From an uncultured delta proteobacterium (GTDB taxonomy: Bacteria > Desulfobacterota > Syntrophorhabdia > Syntrophorhabdales > WCHB1-27), in NCBI GenBank assembly GCA_963810935.1, contig CAWEPK010000012.1, positions 32,001 to 96,000 of the forward strand: a stretch of DNA of 64,000 bases. Reading direction: 5' to 3'. Numbering within the stretch: position 1 is the first letter of the stretch; every line of letters begins with the position of its first letter. The notes beneath the pieces were generated by a model that was not told where the DNA came from, searched no databases, and saw only the letters and a list, made by a program, of their open reading frames with translations. The position numbers and the translations under genes were made by a program. Of this stretch, positions 38,944-47,572 are shown piece by piece.

Positions 38944-39090
38944 TTAACGGGTATAACCCATGTCAGACTGTATACAATGCACGAAGATGACGGCGGCAAG
39001 GAGGTCGGCGGTGCCGCCGGGGCTGAGGCGGCGCTCTACGAACGCCCTGTGTATGGCGTGCCCTTCATCCTCCCACCCTTTCCTGTACAT
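38944..39090 (-). pseudogene. C-terminal remnant of a CitG/MdcB triphosphoribosyl-dephospho-CoA synthase
   Basis: HRAFVERRLSPGGTADLLAAVIF matches the CitG/MdcB C-terminal (N/S)PGG(S/T)ADLLA motif; no room for the rest of the gene. Confidence 0.6.
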
Positions 39091-39176
39091 AATACATCTT
39101 GGTCGAGCCGACTCTGTCAAGACAAACTTTGCGCGGAAAATTGATCTTTGTGCCGGGTATGTGATATTCAACTTCA

Positions 39177-39980
39177 ATGACCGACCGGCTGACAGGCCCC
39201 GAAGCAATGGACGTGCCCGAAATCCTCACGAGGCTCTTTTATCCCCGCAGGGCCTACGGCGATGAGGTGACACCCGTTTACGGCGCCAACCGCAGGATCG
39301 AGGTCGCACCGGGCGTCTCCATCGGCTGCCGCTTTTATCCTGCTTCTACCGTCGGGCCGGCCCTCCTTTTCTTCCACGGCAACGGTGAGATTGCGCCCGA
39401 TTACGACTATATCGCCCATTTCTACCAGGAGAGGAACATCAGCCTCTTCGTGGCCGATTACCGCGGGTACGGGCTGAGCGACGGGTCGCCGACGTGCAGC
39501 GCCATCATCGCCGACGCGCACCCGATCTTCTTCGGCTTCACGGAGATAATGAAGGAATATGAGATCGGGGGCGGCCTCTTCGTCATGGGGCGCTCCCTGG
39601 GGAGCGCGCCCGCCATCGAGGTGGCCGCAAGCTACGGCGCGCAGCTTCGCGGAGTGATCGTGGAGAGCGGTTTCGCGAGCACCCGGAACCAGCTCCGAAG
39701 ACTGGGCGTGGCGCACCTCTTCTCAGACGCATCCGGCGAGGTCGGTTTCGGAAACGACGCGAAGATCGCAAATATCGCGATACCGACACTCATCATTCAC
39801 GGCGAGAACGACGAGATAATCCCCTTCGAAGAGGCTAAGGCCCTCTATGCGCTATCGGGCGCTTCCGATAAGCGATTCCTTCCTATCCCGGGTGCAGGCC
39901 ACAACGACCTGATGGACCGCGCCCTCGATACCTACATGGATGCAGTGGAAGCATTTACAGCAGGCCGGGCAGGCGCGTAA
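39177..39980 (+). CDS. Alpha/beta hydrolase (ABHD17/BEM46-like)
   Basis: FFHGNGE, DYRGYG.S.G, GRSLG nucleophile elbow, IIHGENDEII, GAGHND. Confidence 0.9.
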   Translation: MTDRLTGPEAMDVPEILTRLFYPRRAYGDEVTPVYGANRRIEVAPGVSIGCRFYPASTVGPALLFFHGNGEIAPDYDYIAHFYQERNISLFVADYRGYGLSDGSPTCSAIIADAHPIFFGFTEIMKEYEIGGGLFVMGRSLGSAPAIEVAASYGAQLRGVIVESGFASTRNQLRRLGVAHLFSDASGEVGFGNDAKIANIAIPTLIIHGENDEIIPFEEAKALYALSGASDKRFLPIPGAGHNDLMDRALDTYMDAVEAFTAGRAGA

Positions 39981-39999
39981 ACACGTTGAAATAAAATAA

Positions 40000-40050
40000 A
40001 CGGGCTTTCCACGCCATTCTTGAGCGACGCGGAAGGCCCGTCTTCTTTAT
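40000..40050. terminator. Probable bidirectional intrinsic terminator
   Basis: ACGGGCTTTCC...GGAAGGCCCGT stem flanked by an A-rich tract on the left and a T-rich tract on the right, between convergent genes. Confidence 0.6.
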
Positions 40051-40086
40051 GCTGTCACGCAGCCCTGAATGGGCCGCTTCTCTCCT

Positions 40087-42354
40087 TTAATGCCCGCCCG
40101 ACCGCGCCTGCATGCCGGGGGCGAACAGGTCGCCCGAGTTAGGTATGCACAAGCCGGAGTTATTGCTGTATCCCCCGGCGCCGACTGCCGGCAACTCGAA
40201 CGTTAAATCGTCGGCCAGCGGCGGGTTGTTGTGATCGGTCGGGGTATGGCCCGCATAGACCAAAAGCGACGGGTGGTCGAAAGGCGCCTGGTCGCACTGG
40301 ACGCGAGGGTCCGTGAGGGCCTGAATGTAGCGGACAAGAGCCGACAGGTCGTCAGTCGCCACATTACAATTCGGCTGCACGACCCCGTTAGCGTCGCAGT
40401 CCTTCAAGCCTAGCGGTACGATTACACCCGTCACATTCGTCTTGCAATCTCCGGTGACGGGGAAAATCGCGTCGCCGGCCGCGCCGGTGCCCGAATCGTC
40501 TCCCGCCGAGCAGGTGCTTGTCCCGGCAGGGCCGGAGTTATTGTTATCGACACCGGCTATGCCTATATCTCTCCGGTTCCCACCTCTGTTATAGACCTTC
40601 ATAGCCTGTCTCAGGGTGCCGTATCCACCCCACATGAAGTACGGCGGGGTAAGCGCCGCGTTGCGCAGAGAAGGTATTTTCACTGCCCCTGCGATCTCGA
40701 GCTTCGTCACGCTCGTCCCGATCGACGGCTGGACCAGCGAGATATTGTTTTGCAGGTAGGGGTCTACTATGTGGTTCGTCAGATACTGCTTGCCATAGGA
40801 AAGCGGGTTCCCGTAGGGGTCTGTCCCGCCGACGCCCAGGTCCATCGTATAGGGCTTGACGCCGATATTCGCGAAACCCAGATCGCGTATATCGAGGGTG
40901 TTATTGATGTCCGGCACCGGGTTCAGGAAGGGGGTAAAAGCCTGGCCGGTCGGGGTCTGGCTCTCGGTGAACCCCGGACTGTTGTGGCAGAAAAGACAAT
41001 TGCCGCCCGTTATCCCCCCCTGTGCAATGGGAGGTATGAAATTGGCGTTGTGGAAGATTTTGCATCCCTTTGATAGAAGCGGGTCTACGTCGGGTGTCGT
41101 ATCGCACCCTGTAATACCGGGGATAGGGCCGTTCCCAATTATGATTTTCCCTGCGTTAAAAAGCATGTCGAACTCGCTCTGGTTGGATATCAGCGTAGCC
41201 TCGTAGAGCATGATCGAGATGCCCCAGAACATGGAGAAGTTCGTCTCCATCTGCGTGTAGCCTTTCGGGTCGTTCGTGAGTTGGCCTTTCGTTGATATTG
41301 TATACCTCCCGGTGTCGCTCCAGTACTTCGGGTCGAATGCCTGCTTGATCAGGGAGCCGTACGTATATTGCAGGCCCAGGCCCCTGCCCGCAGGGTTGGC
41401 GTAAGCCCCGAGCACGCTGTCGCGCGGGTCCACCTTCTGTATCTCCAGGGGCTGCCTGTTTATCATCTTCCTTCCGACGTCTGCGAACGACCTGCCGTTG
41501 CACGACATCTCGTTCTGAGACGTAGGCGGAGCCATCGACTGCGAGGCAAGGCTCGAATCAGGCAACTGGAGGTAGCCGAGCATCGGCTTGCCGTTCTGAA
41601 GGACGACCAGCCGGGCCTGAGGGTTCGCGGAGATTGTGCGCATGCCGAAGGGGTCCAAGCCGTTGAATGTGTTGTTCGCGCGGCCGTCCCAGAACTGCCT
41701 GTTGTTGAGCGCCGCGTTGATGATCGTAGGCGACTGGCGCGGCTCGACGCGCCTTGCCGGATACGGGCCCGCGTGGAATACGGAGGCCGAGGCGCTCGTC
41801 GGGTTGCAAAGGTCTTGATTGCCGCCAATCGGCACGACCTGGCTGTAGTTCTCGGTGAACGAGCCGCTCGGGGCCACGCGGTCGTTGGTGCTCGTTATGA
41901 CGGGGGAGTTATGGTCCGTCTCGTCCTGAAGCTGAAAGATGGGGAAGTCCGACGGAAGGAGCCTGTAGTTCGAATCGGCTCTATTCCCCGAAGGCATGTA
42001 GCCCGCCGCCACCTGGCCCGTATCGGAGCGGTTGGAGCCGAATCGCGTGTCACCGTTCGATCCGAACGTGATGTCGTTGAAGCCCGGGTTGAGCTCGTTC
42101 GTGATCCTCGTATCGGCCCCGGCTGTGAAATGGCAGCTTGCGCACGCCTGGAAGTCGGCGCCCGCCTGCTGGTCCCAGAAAAGGGCCTTCCCCAGCACCA
42201 CCGCTGATTTCATGTCCTTGACGATGCCCGTTAAATTAGGGAGCTTGGGCGTAAGGACAGTCTGACTCTGGGCCTGCGCGAGAGGGACTGCGACCAGTCC
42301 CAAAATAAAGGTCGCCACCGAAAAAACGGCCAGCCTGTATACAAGCCTCTTCAT
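40087..42354 (-). CDS. Large exported di-haem cytochrome c peroxidase/MauG superfamily protein
   Basis: Signal peptide, LGKALFWD, CASCH, RQSPT.INA..N..QFWDGRA, SLASQ..P....EM, CLFCH, K.PSLRN.ALT.PY, AL.RY..ALTDPRV. Confidence 0.88.
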   Translation of the reverse strand: MKRLVYRLAVFSVATFILGLVAVPLAQAQSQTVLTPKLPNLTGIVKDMKSAVVLGKALFWDQQAGADFQACASCHFTAGADTRITNELNPGFNDITFGSNGDTRFGSNRSDTGQVAAGYMPSGNRADSNYRLLPSDFPIFQLQDETDHNSPVITSTNDRVAPSGSFTENYSQVVPIGGNQDLCNPTSASASVFHAGPYPARRVEPRQSPTIINAALNNRQFWDGRANNTFNGLDPFGMRTISANPQARLVVLQNGKPMLGYLQLPDSSLASQSMAPPTSQNEMSCNGRSFADVGRKMINRQPLEIQKVDPRDSVLGAYANPAGRGLGLQYTYGSLIKQAFDPKYWSDTGRYTISTKGQLTNDPKGYTQMETNFSMFWGISIMLYEATLISNQSEFDMLFNAGKIIIGNGPIPGITGCDTTPDVDPLLSKGCKIFHNANFIPPIAQGGITGGNCLFCHNSPGFTESQTPTGQAFTPFLNPVPDINNTLDIRDLGFANIGVKPYTMDLGVGGTDPYGNPLSYGKQYLTNHIVDPYLQNNISLVQPSIGTSVTKLEIAGAVKIPSLRNAALTPPYFMWGGYGTLRQAMKVYNRGGNRRDIGIAGVDNNNSGPAGTSTCSAGDDSGTGAAGDAIFPVTGDCKTNVTGVIVPLGLKDCDANGVVQPNCNVATDDLSALVRYIQALTDPRVQCDQAPFDHPSLLVYAGHTPTDHNNPPLADDLTFELPAVGAGGYSNNSGLCIPNSGDLFAPGMQARSGGH

Positions 42355-42635
42355 TCTCCCCTCCTCGTATGGTTTCGGGTAGTCTATCCTCCCGTTTCTC
42401 TCCCGGCGCGAACCGGCCGGGACCTAAAAGCCGGCGCGCTCAGGCGGGCTTACTTTCCGGGTATGCAGATCAATCAGCACGCACTTTAATGCAAGTTGAC
42501 GAAGCAAACAGAACCGGGGCCTTGAATGAAGGGTGGGACGCTCAGGATGGTGGCCTATCTCATGATATGGGTACGGCCGAAACAATTGTCAACCAGCGGC
42601 ACGGGCTTTTAAAGAAAGATTTGCCTGCCGGATTA

Positions 42636-43484
42636 TCAGAGGCCGTATTTTTTGAAAAACGCCTGGTATATACGCTGGGGCAGGCCAGTATGGCGATAAA
42701 GCCCGAGGGCCTTTGCGTAGAATGAGAGGAGGGTGTCGCCGCCGGTTACCGCCACTCTCGGCAAATAAACTGTTCCCTCGCCGTAGCGGACCGGGCCCCT
42801 CTGCAATGTGCAGCAGCACCTGTAAGACGCTCTCTTCATCGCGGCCTCAAGGTCGGACTCGAAGGAAGGCCACCGCCCGTGGGCGATGGGAAACGAGAAA
42901 GGCAGGGCTACGGCGATGGGCGAGATCCCCAGCATGGCCTCGATCCTTTTTTTCGACCGTACAAGCTCGGACTCGACCTCACCGGGCGCCATGCGGGGCG
43001 GGAAGCGATGGCTGGCAGTGTGGGAGCCTATCTCCATCCCGCCGGCCGCCATGAATTGCGCGTCCTGCCAGCTCATGGGGCGCGCGTCTTCGTCGCCCCG
43101 GTCGCTTTCGGCAAGCCAGCCGAAGCGGCAGGCGTTCTCGGGCGGGCCTGAGATACCGGGCAGATAATCGGTGGCGAGGAAGACGCAGGCGGCAAAGCCG
43201 TATTTCAGCAGGACGGGCAGCGCCCTTGTGTACGTGCTCCTGTACCCGTCGTCGAAGGTAAGGACCACTGTCTTTCGCGGCAGCGCCTTCCCTCTCTCCA
43301 TTGCAGAGACGAGGCCGCTCAGAGGAAGGACGTTAAAGCCGCGCTCCTTAAGCACGCGCATCTGGCGCTCGAACGCGTCGAGGTGCACCGCGTCCTTCAT
43401 GGGGCAGCCGCGCCGGTCGCCCGTATATATGTGATGGTAGACAAGGACGCTGGCAGGGTATGAGCGCGGCCGGGCAGACGACAT
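42636..43484 (-). CDS. Polysaccharide deacetylase (NodB/CE4 family)
   Basis: VLVYHHI, LTFDDGY, GSHTASH, LPR. Confidence 0.88.
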   Translation of the reverse strand: MSSARPRSYPASVLVYHHIYTGDRRGCPMKDAVHLDAFERQMRVLKERGFNVLPLSGLVSAMERGKALPRKTVVLTFDDGYRSTYTRALPVLLKYGFAACVFLATDYLPGISGPPENACRFGWLAESDRGDEDARPMSWQDAQFMAAGGMEIGSHTASHRFPPRMAPGEVESELVRSKKRIEAMLGISPIAVALPFSFPIAHGRWPSFESDLEAAMKRASYRCCCTLQRGPVRYGEGTVYLPRVAVTGGDTLLSFYAKALGLYRHTGLPQRIYQAFFKKYGL

Positions 43485-43620
43485 GGAGGTACGTTTATTC
43501 TGTGGACGGTTATCAATACTGTCAACCGGGGTCGTAGAATCAATCTTACAAGTTGACGAATGGCAGGCGAGGTACTAGAAAATAATAAGCGCCAACCGAA
43601 TGACACCGGGAGAGCTTCGC

Positions 43621-44691
43621 ATGATCGACGGCATGGGATATAAGGTTCGCAACGGTACGCGGGCCATGCGCGCCTGGGTCGTCCCCTACCTGCTTTCAAG
43701 ACTGCGGGCACACGAGTTCCGGCCTGTCCTGTGCTACCTGTTCACCGAATGGAAATGCAATATAGACTGCCACTACTGCCACCAGTACGACAACCGCAGG
43801 GACAACATGACACTGGACACAGCGAAGGACTCCATCGACTGGCTCAAATCGATCGGATGCCGCGTCGTGCCCCTTATGGGCGGAGAGCCGCTTTTGCGCA
43901 AGGACTTCGTCCTCGACGTGATACGCTACGGCGCGAAAAACGGCTTTTTCATGTACCTGCCGACTAACGGCTACCTGATGGATAAATCGTTCATCGACGA
44001 GGTCGGGCGCGCCGGCGTCGCGGCGATCAACCTCGCTGTGGACTGCGTCGCGCCTCGGAAGGGGCTGCCGAAGGCCCTTCTCGCCATCGAGCCTCAGTTC
44101 CGCTACCTCGTCGAGAAACAGGAAAAGTACGGGTACATGATCTTCTTTAATATGAACATCTGCGGGAACAACATGAAAGACGTCCGGATGCTGACGGAAA
44201 TCGCGCACCAGAACGGCATAGGCACCGATTACCACCTCAACGAGCCGCCACACACGTTCGTCAACACGGAGCATTACAAACACGAAGAGGACATGCTCAC
44301 TATCACGCCGGACAAGTTCGGGGAAGCCGACGCGCTACTCGACTGGCTGATCGAGAAGCAGCGCGCGGGGTGGCCGATGGTCAATTCCGTCGAGCACCTG
44401 CGGACGTTCAAAGGGCGCATGCGCGGGCAGATCGCCGGCTGGGACTGCCGGGCGGGGCGCAACGGCGCGCTCATCCGCACGGACGGGACACTCTCCCCGT
44501 GCTTCGACATGATATGCTACGACCATGACTGGGGGCGGATCGGCAGTCCCCGATTCGACGCCGCGGAGCTGGACGCGCTTAAAGGACGGTGCAGGTCCCT
44601 TTGCTCGTCCACCTGTTTCCATACAATGGGGTTCTATTACAAGCTCGCCGCCGTACCGGAGTGGGTCCGCAAGCACATCCGGGTGGGCTGA
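43621..44691 (+). CDS. Radical SAM protein with C-terminal SPASM/twitch-like cysteines
   Basis: CNIDCHYC, MGGEPLL, PTNG.L, C.AG.....IRTDG.LSPCF, C...C...C; GGAGAG RBS before ATG 43621 (alternative start 43600). Confidence 0.9.
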   Translation: MIDGMGYKVRNGTRAMRAWVVPYLLSRLRAHEFRPVLCYLFTEWKCNIDCHYCHQYDNRRDNMTLDTAKDSIDWLKSIGCRVVPLMGGEPLLRKDFVLDVIRYGAKNGFFMYLPTNGYLMDKSFIDEVGRAGVAAINLAVDCVAPRKGLPKALLAIEPQFRYLVEKQEKYGYMIFFNMNICGNNMKDVRMLTEIAHQNGIGTDYHLNEPPHTFVNTEHYKHEEDMLTITPDKFGEADALLDWLIEKQRAGWPMVNSVEHLRTFKGRMRGQIAGWDCRAGRNGALIRTDGTLSPCFDMICYDHDWGRIGSPRFDAAELDALKGRCRSLCSSTCFHTMGFYYKLAAVPEWVRKHIRVG

Positions 44692-44727
44692 TTGCAGCCT
44701 GTCCACATGGGCGCTCCTTATTGCCGC

Positions 44728-45462
44728 ATGAAAAAAGCCGCCTTTATCGCACTGGCCCTGATCGCTGCCTGCGGGCTCTGCATCGCTGCCGCAGAGCCGG
44801 AGATCCCGGTGGGCCCCTTTTCGTCGGCGGCAGCCGGCGGCATCCCTGAAGGCTGGAAGCCGTGGATCCTGAAAAACGTCAGCAGGCGCACCACTTACAG
44901 GCTCGTAAAGGACGACGTTGTCGCGTTGAAGGCAGTCGCGGAGGCATCCGCCAGCGGCATAGAGCACGATATAAAGGTAGACCCAAAAGAGTACCCGCTT
45001 TTGGAATGGCGATGGAAGGTCGCAGAAATCATCGAGGACGCGGACATCTCCATCAAGGAGCGCAACGACGCGCCTGCGCGGGTCTATGTAGCGTTCAGCT
45101 ACGATATAAACAAAGTCGGTTTCTTCGAAAGGCTGAAGTATAAGGCGGCCAAACGGATATACTCCGACTCCCTGCCCCTGCGGGCGCTTTGCTACACGTG
45201 GGCGAACAGGTCCGAAAAGGGCAGCTTCGTCCCCATGCCTTATACTTCGTGGTTCATGCAGGTCGTAGTAGAGAACAGCCATTCCCCGATCAGGGAATGG
45301 CTGACGGAGGAGCGCGACGTTTACCGGGACTACGTGCAGGCATTCCATGAAGAGCCCGGCCATATCACGGGCGTAGCCATCATGACGAACACGGACAATC
45401 TTCTTGGGAAGGCCACCGCATGGTATGGCGACATAGCCTTCAAGAAGGGCGGGCCGGGTTAG
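44728..45462 (+). CDS. DUF3047-like exported protein (second paralogue)
   Basis: Signal peptide, YPLLEWRWKV, D.PARVYVAF, LCY.W, W..EERDV..DY...F.EEP..I.GVAIMTNTDN...A.AWYGDI.F. Confidence 0.85.
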   Translation: MKKAAFIALALIAACGLCIAAAEPEIPVGPFSSAAAGGIPEGWKPWILKNVSRRTTYRLVKDDVVALKAVAEASASGIEHDIKVDPKEYPLLEWRWKVAEIIEDADISIKERNDAPARVYVAFSYDINKVGFFERLKYKAAKRIYSDSLPLRALCYTWANRSEKGSFVPMPYTSWFMQVVVENSHSPIREWLTEERDVYRDYVQAFHEEPGHITGVAIMTNTDNLLGKATAWYGDIAFKKGGPG

Positions 45463-45704
45463 GTCCGCGTCTTGGTCGGTATTTGATCTCCGGGCTTTTG
45501 CATACCCCTTACCGGCCATAAGTGTTCGTCCTGACTATCGCCTCGTGATAGGACTATCGCCGGCCCGCAGTCTTCAACCTCAGTTTTACGACTTAAGAGA
45601 CGCATAATAGGCGGGCCCCACAAAACCCTTTGAATATCGCCCCGCTACCTCGCGGGCGCGCGTCACGGCGCCCTGCCGGGCGGCCGGGGCAGACTGTTTT
45701 TCTG

Positions 45705-45748
45705 TTGACACATCGCACGAATCCTTTACAATTTTAGGAGCTTGTAAA
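45705..45748 (+). promoter_or_regulatory. Sigma70-type promoter with an overlapping palindromic operator
   Basis: TTGACA-16 nt-TACAAT; TTTACAA-N10-TTGTAAA (45725-45748) overlaps the -10 box. Confidence 0.55.
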
Positions 45749-45862
45749 GCTTCCAAACATCCCGTTCCATCCGATTGACTTTTGTGGAAAACCAGAAGCG
45801 GTAAGAGACCCGGCGTAAGGGCATTGATTGTCCGGTCTGACTTCCATCGAGGGGGGTGCTGC

Positions 45863-47508
45863 ATGGCTCGCAGGACGGTCATACTGATTTCGGTCCTTTT
45901 GGTTTGTCTGATCCTGGCTGGATGCAGCTCGGGCGGCTCCTCGTCCGGGGCCCCGGCAAACGGCGGGGCCGGCGCTGCCGCGCCAGGTGGAGGCGGTGGA
46001 GGTGGGGGCGGCACACCGCCCGGCGCGCCGTCTGCTCCTACCGTGCTGACAGGCCGGAGTCTGGCCCAGGCTCATCTGGCCGGCGACGGCCGGCGCATCC
46101 AGCTACTGCATATACAGGAACGGCACTTTCGTGAATTCCGTCACAGGAGCGCTTTATTACATCGACGAGGGCCTCGTCCTCGGCAGCTCTTACAGCTACG
46201 AGCTGTCCGCAGCAAATACAGCGGGTGAGTCGGGCAAGTCGCTTCCCGTAGCGGCCGCCACCGCCATCTGGACGAAGATTATCTGCTCGTCCGCGATAGA
46301 TTTCGCCTCCGGCATAGCGCTCGACGGCGACGGTAATTTTTATGTGACCGGTTACACGACGGGCAATCTCGACGGCCAGACGAACGCCGGGCTGAAGGAC
46401 ATTTTCGTCACGAAGTACGATCAGACCGGGACGAAGCAATGGACAAGCCTGCTCGGAACCGCATCGGACGACGCGGCGGGCGGCATCGCAGTCGACGCTT
46501 CAGGAAACGTCTACGTCACCGGGTATACGAACGGCAGCCTCGCCGGCCAGACGAACGCAGGCGGGGCCGACGTCTTTGTCGCCAAATACGATGGGTCCGG
46601 CGCAAGGATTTGGGTCGCGCTCCTCGGGACATCGGCTGACGACGCGGGCAACGGCATAGCGGCCGACAGCTCCGGCAACGTCTACGTCACGGGCTATACG
46701 CAGGGCAACCTGGGCGGCCAGACGAACGCAGGCGGGGCCGACGTCTTCATCGCCAAATACGACACGTCGGGCGCAAAGCAATGGGTCGCGCTTCTCGGGA
46801 CATCGGCTGACGACGCGGGCAACGGCATAGCGGCAGACGGTTCCGGCAATCTTTACATAACGGGTTATACGGCAGGTAACCTGGCCGGCCAGACGAACGC
46901 GGGAGGCAAAGATATCTTTTTCGCTGCGTATGACGCGTCGGGCAACAGGCAATGGGTCGCCCTCCTGGGGACTGCGGCGGACGATGTGGGCAACGGCATA
47001 GCCCTCGGCCCCTCGGGCGCCCTATGCGCAGTGGGCGTTACGGCAGGCAACCTCGATGGCCAGACGAACGCGGGCGCCACGGACGCCTTCCTGACCATGT
47101 TCAATACATCGGGCGCAAAGCAATGGACAAGGCTCTTCGGCACAAGCCAGACCGACGCGGCCAATGCCGTAGCCTTCGACGCGTCGGGTAATTGCTATTT
47201 AACAGGCTACACATATGGCAACCTCAGACTCCCTTTACGGGCGGATGGGGGGAGGCGCCGGTGGAGGCAGCCAGACGAACGCAGGCAACGACGACGTCTT
47301 CATCGCAAAATATGACACATCGGGCACGAACCAATGGGCGGGGCTTTTAGGGACGCCGGCCAACGATTCAGGCGCCGCGATCACCGTCGATCAATACGGA
47401 AACAGCTATATTGCGGGCAGCACGGGGGGTAGCCTGGACGGCATCACGAACACCGATTCATCTGGTGCTTTTGTAGCAAAAACGACGTCCGACGGCGACC
47501 TCTGGTAA
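45863..47508 (+). CDS. Lipoprotein with Gly-rich linker, FN3-like domain and SBBP-type 7-bladed beta-propeller (apparent frameshifts near 46060 and 47223)
   Basis: Lipobox LAGC; FN3-like W...Y.IYRNG...Y.YELSA.N.AGES; repeats GIA.D.SGNVYVTGYT.GNL.GQTNAG..DVF.AKYD.SG..QW..LLGT. Confidence 0.85.
46290..47490 (+). repeat. Seven intragenic 171-bp (57-aa) imperfect repeats
   Basis: CAGACGAACGC recurs at 46377, 46548, 46719, 46890 and 47061 (period 171), then at 47272 (171+40). Confidence 0.9.
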
Positions 47509-47572
47509 AAGAAAGATATCGGCGTTTACGCTCGTTTTATTGCCCTGCTGTCTCTGCAGCAGGGCAATTCAT

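Noticed and set aside
42355..42500. Possible riboswitch or FNR site upstream of the di-haem protein
   Set aside because: GC-rich hairpins are present, but the c-di-GMP consensus elements do not match and only an ATCAA half-site is seen.
45498..45518. Minus-strand GG-N10-GC match after the second DUF3047-like gene
   Set aside because: Poor match to TGGCAC/TTGC, and it would only point antisense into a gene.
45780..45860. c-di-GMP-II riboswitch-like fragments (GGAAA...GGGCA.TTGA) in the leader
   Set aside because: The downstream AGTGCAACCG element and pseudoknot pairing are missing.
46290..47490. 171-bp repeats as a CRISPR array or DGR template/variable repeats
   Set aside because: The repeats are in-frame coding blades of a beta-propeller; there is no reverse transcriptase and no adenine-specific variation.
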